Source of the DNA: an uncultured Bacteroidales bacterium
GTDB lineage: Bacteria; Bacteroidota; Bacteroidia; Bacteroidales; CAYVNP01
Reading direction: 5' to 3'
Length of the DNA stretch: 64,000 bases
NCBI GenBank assembly: GCA_964452905.1
Contig: CAYVNP010000002.1
Location: 53,357-117,356, forward strand
Both the position numbers and the translations under genes were made by a program. Below are positions 21,381 through 32,100 of this stretch, one piece after another. Under the pieces are notes generated by a model. The model was not told the DNA's origin, did not search any database, and saw only the letters and a program-made list of their open reading frames with translations. The number at the start of each line of letters is the position of its first letter. The stretch's first letter is position 1.

Positions 21381-23282
21381 ATGAATCTTTGTAAACTGTT
21401 GTTATTCTTAACAACATATATCATATGGACAACCGTAATTGCCCAAAAAAAATCTTTGGCAGATACGATTTTTCAAATGAAAGAAATTTCAATCATTGGG
21501 AATAAACCGCTTCAACTGTCTCCGGGAAACCATATACAGGAAGTTGATTCATCAAATCTGGTAAAATATTCAAACGGTAATTTGGGTGATCTTCTTAGCC
21601 AACATGCAAATTTACAAGTGAATGATCAGGGTGGTGGATTGTCCACTATCTCCATGAGGGGCACAGGACCCAGTCATACCGCATTCATCTGGAATGGTTT
21701 TAATCTTCAGGATATTTTAAACGGATTGGTCAATTTATATTTGATGCCGGTTGATCTTTTTGAAGATGTAAAAATTCAATATGGCGGCAGTGGGGCCTTA
21801 TATGGCAGTGGAGCGATTGGTGGCTCAATTCATTTGAATTCCAAACAACCATTAACACATTCAATACATGCAGATGCTTCTTTTTCTGCAGGTAGTTTCT
21901 CCAATTATTTTAAAGGATGCGGTTTTAATATCAATACGAATAAATATTCAGGTAATATTAAATTTTATAATCAATCAGCCAAAAATGATTATCCTTATCG
22001 TGTTATAGGATTCCCTGACAGTTTGCCAAAACTCAAGAATGCCAATACAAATAATACCGGCTTATTGATTGATCAATTATTTAAATTAACGAATAAACAA
22101 AAAGTAAGTCTTCATTTTTGGTATCAACAGAACAATAATGAAGTCCCAGCCCCCAGAGGTAGTTTCAGTACGGCACTTAAAAATGACAAATCATATCGCA
22201 TAACTGCTGATTGGAGTAGAATCACAAGAACAAATGAATTGTATTTAAGAACCGCATTATTCAACACCCTCCTTAATTATTCCGATGTCCAAAAAAACGA
22301 AAATGATTTGCATCAGTCGTTGATTTCGGTAACTGAAATAGAAAATTATTTTAAGCTCAATAAATCAAATAAAATCAATATCGGTTTGAACTATACAAAT
22401 GAAACGGGTATTTCAACAAGTTTCCCTGAACATAAAAATCGTGAACGAACCAGTTTCTTTGGATCCTATAAATATTCATCAAAAAAAATTAAAACTGTAC
22501 TGAGCATTCGTGATGAAATGATTAATTATAAGAACTCTACACCTACCTTTTCATTTGGCTTTGATGTATCCTTATCAAAATCTTTCACTCTTCGCGGTAA
22601 TGTTTCACGTAATTATAGAATTCCTACTTTTAATGATCTTTACTGGACCTCATGGGGTAATCCAAATCTTGTACCTGAACATGGTTGGGGTGAAGAACTG
22701 GGATTAAATATACATTTGGGACAAAAAAATATTCCAACATTCAGTTTAACCTTTTTCAATAATAATATTAAAGACTGGATCATCTGGCTTCCGGATTCTA
22801 CATGGCATCCGCATAATTTAAATATTGTCTGGTCAAGAGGCATTGAAAGCAATCTGGATTATTCTTTTCATCTCAATAAAATAACATTCAATTTTTCTGC
22901 ATATTATACGTATACATTGACCACCAATGAAACAAAAAATAATCGAAATGTCGATGAATTACATAAACAACTGATCAATATTCCAAAACATAAATTCAAT
23001 GCAAATCTTGTTTGCTTGTATAAAAATTTTTCATTGACGATGACTGAATTGTATTTAGGAATTAGATATTCAGATGCAGCCAATGAATTTCCTACTGATC
23101 CATATTCAGTGAGTAATATCATTATTGAACAAAAAATTAACTGTAAAAACTTCATTTTATGTCTGAACGCCCGAATGAATAATATGTTCAATCAGAGCTA
23201 TGATATTATTAAAAATTATCCAATGCCCATGCGTAATTTTCAGGCAGGTATTAAAATCATATTTAAGAAAAACATTAACTAA
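21381..23282 (+). CDS. btuB: TonB-dependent outer-membrane receptor, BtuB-like
   Basis: Signal peptide, plug-domain blocks (ISIIGNKP..., LSTISMRGTG, QDILNG), and a beta-barrel-length C-terminus. It lies downstream of the B12 riboswitch. The start is taken at ATG 21381 (MNLCKLL). Confidence 0.8.
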   Translation: MNLCKLLLFLTTYIIWTTVIAQKKSLADTIFQMKEISIIGNKPLQLSPGNHIQEVDSSNLVKYSNGNLGDLLSQHANLQVNDQGGGLSTISMRGTGPSHTAFIWNGFNLQDILNGLVNLYLMPVDLFEDVKIQYGGSGALYGSGAIGGSIHLNSKQPLTHSIHADASFSAGSFSNYFKGCGFNINTNKYSGNIKFYNQSAKNDYPYRVIGFPDSLPKLKNANTNNTGLLIDQLFKLTNKQKVSLHFWYQQNNNEVPAPRGSFSTALKNDKSYRITADWSRITRTNELYLRTALFNTLLNYSDVQKNENDLHQSLISVTEIENYFKLNKSNKINIGLNYTNETGISTSFPEHKNRERTSFFGSYKYSSKKIKTVLSIRDEMINYKNSTPTFSFGFDVSLSKSFTLRGNVSRNYRIPTFNDLYWTSWGNPNLVPEHGWGEELGLNIHLGQKNIPTFSLTFFNNNIKDWIIWLPDSTWHPHNLNIVWSRGIESNLDYSFHLNKITFNFSAYYTYTLTTNETKNNRNVDELHKQLINIPKHKFNANLVCLYKNFSLTMTELYLGIRYSDAANEFPTDPYSVSNIIIEQKINCKNFILCLNARMNNMFNQSYDIIKNYPMPMRNFQAGIKIIFKKNIN

Positions 23283-23300
23283 CCCATTAAATTACAAATC

Positions 23301-24377
23301 ATGAAAACAAAAAAAACATGTTTCTACTTTCTTACAGTTGCAATATCTGTATCAATATTGCTTTCTTCATGCAAAAAAGATAAAAGCACAACTGAATTTT
23401 CCGGCTCAAGTAAAGGTATTTTTATCGTTGATCAGGGAGGATTTATGAAAGTCAATGCTGATATCAGTTATCTGGATTTAACAAAAAACCGTATATCAAA
23501 CAATATATTTAAATCAACGAACGGACGGGATATGGGCGATGTAGCTCAGTCAATGGGTGAAGCAAACAACAACTATTATATCATAGTGAATAATTCAAAT
23601 GTTATTGAAAGAGTTGATAAAACGACATTTAAATCAAACGGTACCATCCAGAATTTAAAATCACCGCGGTATTTTCTCACCATCAATCAATCCAAGGCAT
23701 ATGTTACTGAATGGGGCAATGGCGACGGAGGTAAAATAAATGTAATCAATCTAACGACAAACACTGTCTCAAAAACAATTCCTGCAGATAACGGTGCTGA
23801 AAAATTAATTCTGTTTAACAATAAAGTCTATGTTGCTAATTCCGGTGGATTTAGTAATTCAAAAAAAATAACGGTAATCAACTCACTTACGGACCAGGTA
23901 GACACTACGTTTGAAGTGGGTGATAACCCGAACAGTATTGTCGTTGATAAAAACAATAAACTGTGGGTGCTTTGTGGCGGCAAAATGAAATCAGACTGGA
24001 GTGGCTTTGAAACAAGTGGTTCTCTGGTAAGAATCAACCCAACAACAAATGCAATTGAAAAATATTTAATATTAAAAATGCCTAATATGTCAACCAATAA
24101 CCTGATTATCTCTTTAACAGGGGATATGCTTTATTACTGTATTGATGGAAAAGTTTATTCACAAAATATTTCATCTACAACAACAGATAATACATTGAAA
24201 CTTAACAAGAATATTAACTGTATTTATGCAGATAATGGCTCAAACTATATCTACGCTGCAGATGCAAAAGGTTTTACAGGGAACGGAATGGTATTCAGGT
24301 ATACATCTAATTTTGCACCGGTAGATTCATTTGAAGTGGGCGTAGCACCTAGTTTCTTTTATCCGAATAAAAATTAA
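23301..24377 (+). CDS. Surface lipoprotein, YncE-like beta-propeller (possible BtuG-like B12-capture protein)
   Basis: Lipobox LLSSC and repeated beta-propeller-like blades (YVANSGG, NKLWVLCGG, YIYAADA). It starts 18 nt after btuB in the same orientation. Confidence 0.55.
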   Translation: MKTKKTCFYFLTVAISVSILLSSCKKDKSTTEFSGSSKGIFIVDQGGFMKVNADISYLDLTKNRISNNIFKSTNGRDMGDVAQSMGEANNNYYIIVNNSNVIERVDKTTFKSNGTIQNLKSPRYFLTINQSKAYVTEWGNGDGGKINVINLTTNTVSKTIPADNGAEKLILFNNKVYVANSGGFSNSKKITVINSLTDQVDTTFEVGDNPNSIVVDKNNKLWVLCGGKMKSDWSGFETSGSLVRINPTTNAIEKYLILKMPNMSTNNLIISLTGDMLYYCIDGKVYSQNISSTTTDNTLKLNKNINCIYADNGSNYIYAADAKGFTGNGMVFRYTSNFAPVDSFEVGVAPSFFYPNKN

Positions 24378-24490
24378 CACACATAAAAAAATATTAAATT
24401 CATTTGACATATATATTTTTCATTTATTTTTGTTAATTCTGAAATATTTAACTGTTTTCTTGTTTCAATTATTACATTAGAGTTTCAACT

Positions 24491-25396
24491 ATGGGTTTTG
24501 TGTACAATTACGGTATGATTACTGCAAGCACAGTTTATGTATTAGATACATCATTTGATTTCCCTCAACCAAATCAATATGCGGAAATAAGTGAAACCTT
24601 ATCTTCTGTTGGCGGTGAAGCCGCAAATACAGCTATCATGCTTTCAAAACTTGGTATAAAAACTAAATTAGACGGGAACTGGTTAAATAAAAAAAACGCA
24701 AAACAAATTCTGGATTTATTAAAAACCTTTGATATTGATACGACCCAACTCACTATTGATTCAAATTTCGGCACTGAAGAAATTGTTATAGTTGATAAAA
24801 ACAATAGAACAATTTTCGGGAATTTTGCTCAGATGCACAAAGGAAAAAAACTATGGAATCCACCATACGAAAATTTTGTAAAGCAATGTTCAATGGTTGC
24901 TCTTGATCCCTATTTTCATGAGGATTCGGAACAAATGGCAAAATTATGCATTCAACATCGTAAACCTTACGTAACTTTTGATTGTACTTACACCGGTTTA
25001 TTGGCTCAAAAAGCCGAATCCATTATCATTTCACATGAGCTGCGTGATAGAGTTTACATAGATGATAATCCAACAACTATTTTCTATGAATACCTGAATC
25101 ATTGTCAAGGTCTGGTCATTTTTACTTTTGGAAGTGAACCGCTCTGGTATGGAAGAAAAGGAGGACCTTTACGAACTTTTACCCCATATCAAATAACACC
25201 CATAGATACAACAGGTGCAGGTGATTCGTTCCGCGCCGGAATCATCTTTGGATTATTGCATAAATGGGATGATAAAAAAACGATTGAGTTTGCTTCAGCT
25301 GTTGCAGCGAATGTTTGTCTGACTCGCCCCCATACACTGAATGCTCCTGATTTAAATTCAATTCTGGAATTCATATTACAGCACAAAAAAAAATAA
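24491..25396 (+). CDS. PfkB-family carbohydrate kinase
   Basis: GGEAANTA near the N-terminus and the PfkB signature DTTGAGDSFRAG near the C-terminus. Confidence 0.8.
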   Translation: MGFVYNYGMITASTVYVLDTSFDFPQPNQYAEISETLSSVGGEAANTAIMLSKLGIKTKLDGNWLNKKNAKQILDLLKTFDIDTTQLTIDSNFGTEEIVIVDKNNRTIFGNFAQMHKGKKLWNPPYENFVKQCSMVALDPYFHEDSEQMAKLCIQHRKPYVTFDCTYTGLLAQKAESIIISHELRDRVYIDDNPTTIFYEYLNHCQGLVIFTFGSEPLWYGRKGGPLRTFTPYQITPIDTTGAGDSFRAGIIFGLLHKWDDKKTIEFASAVAANVCLTRPHTLNAPDLNSILEFILQHKKK

Positions 25397-26142
25397 TCAG
25401 TTCTCCCTTTTTCAATGTTATTGTTTGCATCCATTAAACATAATATTGGTATATACAAAAAATAAATATATCAATATTCTTATCATCAAAAATTAATATT
25501 CTATATTCAGATATAAAATATATCTTTTGCTGATACAACAAATAATAATTACCCCCAAAAAATATATCATATTATTAACTACATCATCAACTTTTTAATA
25601 ACATAGTAAATCATGAAACCATGATAAATAAACTAATTTAATATTATTAAAATTTACACTTTTTTCAAGAAGTAAAAAACTTAAATTACAACAATTTGTA
25701 TTTAAACTCTCAAATTTTATTATTAAAACTGTTTTATATCAGTTTGTATAAAAAAAAATTAAAAGTTCATTGACAACCTTATTCCATTTAATTAAATTTG
25801 TAACACATCAATTAATCTACAAAAATTTAATTTTCGTATATAAAATAGCAATTTTTAACTGAAAAATTAGATTATTAGTTCTTTGTTAGATATATTCATT
25901 TACTCCCATAATGGGAGGACTGTTCTATATAACGGAAATAGAATCAAGCTAAGAACAACATAACTAACTAATTTTTAGAATGTTATGTTTAATTAATTAA
26001 AATGGCATGTAATTGGTAATTAAATATAGAACTAATAAATATTAATGATTAAATTATACTTTTTAATTTATCCTTTTAAAAACTTACACCTGTTTTTGCT
26101 TTTCCCAATTCGATTTAAAATTTTACTTAAAAATCAATCTAT

Positions 26143-29100
26143 ATGAAAAACAAATTTTTAAATTATAAAACAATAGTATTTATTGCATTACTCTTGAATA
26201 TTCATTCATTCCTGTATGCAACAAATTATTATTCTGGAGGCAATAATGCCCCAAACCTAACAGCGAGTTGGTGGACCAATACCAATGGAACAGGATCACA
26301 TCCGGCTAATTTTACTACTAACGGAAATGTGTTCATTATTCAAAATGGACATACCATGACAACAACTGCAAACTGGACAGTTTCCGGTACAAATTCAACT
26401 ATACAAATCAATGCGAGTGGAATACTTGTCGCATCAAATGCTGTGACTGCAACTGTTATGACTGTTAATGGCACCTATCGTCATAATCAAAATGGAGGAA
26501 GAATTCCTGATGCAACATGGGCAACTGCTTCCACTTGCGAGGTTACCGGAATAACTGACAACAGCGGTGCTTTCAATAGAGCCGGCTTGACACAGGCATT
26601 CGGAAATTTCACATGGAATTGTACTAATCAAACAGCAGTAGTTAGTTTTGCGGCTCGACTCAGTTCCTACTGGGGAGGAAGTGTTACTGGTAATTTCACC
26701 GTTACAAGTACAGGAACGGGTTCAATCAAACTGGTTGACGGCAATATAAATGGAAACAGAACTTTGACTGTCAGTGGTAATTATTCACAAGGCGGAGGTA
26801 CTGTATATGTTATGGGTTCCAGTACACGAGGTGGAGTTCATTCAATGATTGTTAATGTAAATGGTGATTTCTCTTTAACCGGAGGTTTGTTAAACTTAAG
26901 TGATAATGATTGTCCGGGTGTTATCAATGCTGCAAAAAACTTTACTTGTACAGGTAGCACAATTACTGAAACAGGTACAAACTCTGGTGCAATTAATTTC
27001 AATGGAGCCGGAACAATGCAAACATTCACATCGGGTGCAACAATAAGTAATACCGTTAACTTCACCGTTAACAGTTCGGCATATTTACAAATGGCATCAG
27101 CCGGAACAACACTCTCAGGCGGTGGATCATTTACATTGTCAAGCGGTTCAACACTTGGTATCACTTCTACTTCAGGTATTACAACTTCTGGAGCCACCGG
27201 AAATATTCAGGTTACAGGAACAAGAACTTATAATGCAGGAGGTAAATATACATATAATGGTACTTCTGCCCAAGTTACCGGTAATGGACTTACCAATGCT
27301 AATACGTTAACCATCAATAACAGCGCTGGTGTAACACTATCCAATAATGTTACAACTTCAGGTACCTTAACACTTACCAGTGGTACTTTGACCACTTCAA
27401 ACTCAAGTCTTTTATCAATAACTAATACCTTAACTTCTGCAATATCAGGTGGATCAACCACCTCATTTATTAATGGACCGGTGAAATGGACATTACCTGC
27501 CAGTTTAGTATCTGGTTCAACCTATAATTTTCCAGTAGGAAAAAGCACGACCTATCTCCCCTTTTCATTAGTCAACCCAACTACAGGAGCAGGAACTGTC
27601 ACTGCTCAAGTTGAAGCATTCGCTTCAAATTCAGGTGGATCAGCAAATGGCACAACTCTTTATAGTATAAGTAATACCGAATATTGGGCACTTTCTTCAA
27701 CAGGGAATTTTACAAACAGCTCTGTTTCGTTAACCCGTCAATCTGCTATTTCACCATTAGATGCAGTTGGTGGTTCTACAACAGCTAATGGGGCTTATGC
27801 ATCTTTAGTCGGTACAGCCGGCACTTACGGAGTAACCAATTCTAATTCTATTGGGAGTTACAGATATTTTGTTTTAGCAGGAAAATTAAAAATTATGACA
27901 GGTACAATTACAGGTTCCCCTTTATGTGCTGGTTCAAGTGTGAATGTGCCTTATACCATAACAGGAACATATATATCAGGAAATACTTTTACTGCACAAT
28001 TATCAAATGCAAGTGGTAGTTTTGCATCACCAGTAAATATTGGTTCGGTGACTTCAACGACTGCTGTTACCATCACTGCAACTATTCCTTTAATTACGTC
28101 TTCGGGAACTGGATATCGAATTCGTGTTATTAGCAGTAACCCATCTATTACCGGTACAGACAATGGGACAAATTTTACAATAAATGCTGCCCCAACAGTA
28201 ACTGCAGGAGGTGGGACAATTTGCAGGGGTTCTTCAACAAATGTTACAGCCGGTGGAGCAAGCACTTATACATGGAGTAATGGATTAGGTAATGGAACTC
28301 CTAAATCAGTTTCGCCAACCACAACTACAACTTATACAGTTACAGGCACTGATGCCAATAGTTGTACAAATACGGCAACAGCAATAGTAACCGTGAATGC
28401 ATTACCCACTGTAACTGCAGGAGGTGGTACAATATGTATCGGTGCTTCAACAAATATAACTGCTGGCGGAGCAAGCACATATACTTGGAGCAATGGATTA
28501 GGAAATGGAACACCTAAATCAGTTTCACCAACTTTAACTACGACTTATACTGTTACAGGTACGGATATTAATAACTGTACAAATACAGCAACTGCTGTTG
28601 TTAACGTCAATGCACTCCCAACAGTTACTGCTGGTGGTGGAACAATTTGCAGAGGGTCATCAACCAATATAACAGCCGGTGGAGCAAGTACGTATACTTG
28701 GAGTAATGGATTAGGTAACGGAACTCCTAAAACCGTTAATCCAACCATTACAACTACTTATACTGTTACCGGTACTGATGTCAATAGTTGTACAAATACT
28801 GCAACTGCAGTGGTTACTGTTAATGCACCAAATGTTACTGCTGGCGGAGGAACTATATGTAGAGGTTCATCCATTAATTTAACGGCAGGAGGAGCCAGTA
28901 CATATACATGGAGCAATGGATTAGGAAATGGGACTCCTAAATCTGTTTCACCAACCATCACTACAACTTATACTGTTACAGGCACTGATGCCACCAGTTG
29001 TACTAACACTGCAAATGCAATTGTTATTGTTAATGCAATACCAACTGTTACAGCAACAGGTGGGACAATATATATAGGTAATTCTATTAATATTTCGGCT

Positions 29101-32100
29101 GGAGGTGCCAGCACATATACTTGGAGCAATGGTTTAGGTAATGGAACACCAAAAACAGTCAACCCTACAACTTCAACAACCTATACCGTTACCGGTACTG
29201 ATGCCAACAGTTGTACCAACTCGGCAAATGCGGTAGTTATTGTAACTACATTACATCTTGATTGTTGGCACTACAGGAAAAGTCATGTAATCAATCCTGC
29301 AACGGATGCCGGTACAAACTACCAAGTGCAAGTGACTGTTCATTATGGATCAGGAACCGATGGAAGTGGTGATGTTTATTGCAATAGCCAAAGCAATGCG
29401 GATTTCAGTGATATTCGTTTTACAACTTCTGATGGAACCACATTACTATCTCACTGGAAACAATCATATACTTCATCATCCATTGCTGTATTTTGGGTTA
29501 AAATTCCTTCTGACTTAAGTAGTTCGTCACAAACAATTTATATTTATTATGGTAATGCAGCAGCAACTGATATAAGTAGTGGCACAAATACTTTTATCAA
29601 TTATGATGATGGTTCATCCACATCTGGATGGACAACGGTTGGTACAGTTGGATCATCTGCAACAGTTGGTAATCCGGTTAATTCATTGTATGCTCAAACC
29701 AAAACAGGTTCAGGTACTGGTGGAGATGGTCAATATTATATGTACAAAAATATTTCCGGCTTTGGACCAAATACTTTTACATTTTTCAATGTACGGACTG
29801 AAACAGGAAATCTTGGTAATTTTTATTTTCAATGCAATTCATCAGGGGCAGGACAAATGTATCGTTTAGATTCCAGAGGTTCTACAAATTATACTGGGTT
29901 TGCTACAACAACTGCATGGAATACTTGGGCACCCCCTGCAGGTACTCAGACCTCATCGGCAAACACATGGTATCAGTTTGGTATTGCAATAAATTCTACA
30001 GGGACATCTACAAAATTATACTACAATTCAGGAACAAGCACAAATCCTGTTCTTGGTACACTTTTAGGAACTTATACAAGTGTAAATAATGGCTCCTATG
30101 TTGCTCTTGGAGGTGATGCAGTCGGCGGTACAATGAATACTTATTGGGATAATATCATCACACGAAAATATGTAAATCCTGAACCATCCCATTCAACATG
30201 GGGTTCAGAGGAATATCTTGGTGTTTACACATGGAATGGAACAACATCAGACTGGCAAGTTGCAACGAATTGGACCCCTTCACGAACCGACCCTGCATCT
30301 TGCGATATTCTTCAATTTAATGGTGGTGTGGGTGGTACAATTACTAACGTTCCTACTCAAACTATTGCCGAATTAAATATTTCGGGTAATACTACTGTAA
30401 ATTTACAATCAGCATCTTCGTCTAACAACTTAACAATAACCGAAGCATTAACTACAACTGCAAATGATGTTCTCAATTTTGGTTCAGGAGTAATTTTAGC
30501 AGGTACACTAACAACCCTTACAAATAGTGGCACAATTCAAACCGCTGTTCCAACAGCTTCCAGCGCTACTCCTTTATCTTCAGGTAAAATATGGGGTGGA
30601 ACTGTAGAATTTAATAATTCTTCAGCAAATCAAACAATTGTTGCAGGAACATATAACAATCTAACTATTTCAGGCAACAGCATAAAAACGTTAGCTACTT
30701 CAACTACTATAAATGCAGCATTATCAGTAAAAGCAGGAGCAACACTGAATTTATCTACTTTTAATTTAGGCACACCTACAAGTGTTGTTTTAGAAACCGG
30801 AACAACAGGTGCAACAATATCAGGAACAGGCACCTTAACTCTTGGAGGAAATGTGACAGTTAATGCTACAACTGGAAACAGTGGCGTTACGATTTCTACT
30901 CCTATTGCCTTGAATGGAACAACACGCACCTTTACTGTTGCTGATGAAGGTACCTCTGCCAATGACTTAACTATAAGTGGCATCATAAGTGGAACAGTCG
31001 GTATTACAAAAGCAGGTGCAGGAACACTTTTACTTTCAAATTCTAATACATATTCAGGATTAACAACCATTAATGCCGGAATCATCAAGCTTGGAACAGC
31101 TGGCGGAGGAACAAATACACCATTAGGAACAACTGGTGCTGGGACTACTGTTACAGCAGGGGCTCTTGACCTTAACGGTTTTACATTAGGAACTGCTGAA
31201 GCATTAACATTGAACGGAACCGGAATTTCAAATGGTGGAGCTTTGACTAACAGTTCTGCAACGAATGTAAATTACAGTGGTTTAATATCACTTGGGAGTG
31301 CAAGCCGCATAATTACTAATGCAGGTGATATTAATTTAACAAATACAGGCAATATTACAGGTAATACATTTGGATTGACATTTGGAGGAAGTGGAAATGG
31401 AAGTATTGCAAGTAATATTAATACCACTACCGGTACTATTACAAAAATTGGTACTGGAACATGGACAATTTCAGGTAACAGTAACTACACAGGTCTTACC
31501 ACTATCAGTGAAGGTACTCTTAAACTGGGTGCAGCAGGTGGAGGTACAAATACACCTTTGGGAACAACCGGTTCTGGCACTTCTGTTACTTCTGGCGCTG
31601 CTCTTGATTTGAACGGATTTACTTTAGGAACAGCTGAAGCTCTTTCTTTAAATGGTACCGGGATTTCCAATAGAGGCGCTTTAACCAATAGTTCTGTTAC
31701 AGCAGCAACCTACAGTGGCGTGATAACTTTTGCAACTGATGCTAGTATTGTTGGTGATGCAGGAACTATTGCCATAACAGGCACTCCCGTCTCAGGCACA
31801 ACTGATATTACATTAGGAGGAACTGCCGGCGGTAGTATTTCAACAGTTGTTGCTGGAGCACGAACAATGATAAAAGAAGGTTCAGGTACATGGACATTAT
31901 CAGGAAATAATACATTTAGCGGTGGCTTAATAATAAATGAAGGCACTATTCAATTAGGTAATAATAATCGTTTAGCAGGTACATTACCCTTTACAATGAA
32001 TGGTGGTACTTTCAAAACAGGTGCAACAACAGGATATGATGAAACAACCGGTACGCTTACATTGACTGACAATTCAACTATTGCATTTGGAACAGGTAAA

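Noticed and set aside
28545-29162. Three similar 64-67-aa minus-strand ORFs (28545..28748, 28758..28961, 28968..29162) look like a small repeated gene family. A matching pair lies at 33372..33776.
   Set aside because: They lie antisense to the tandem Ig-like repeats of the giant + strand gene and share its 213-nt period. They are shadow ORFs created by the repeat, not genes.
28192-29253. A regular ~213-nt periodic repeat could be mistaken for a CRISPR-like or satellite array.
   Set aside because: The units are contiguous with no unique spacers and are far longer than CRISPR repeats. They keep one open reading frame encoding a conserved two-Cys Ig-like domain, and no cas genes are present.
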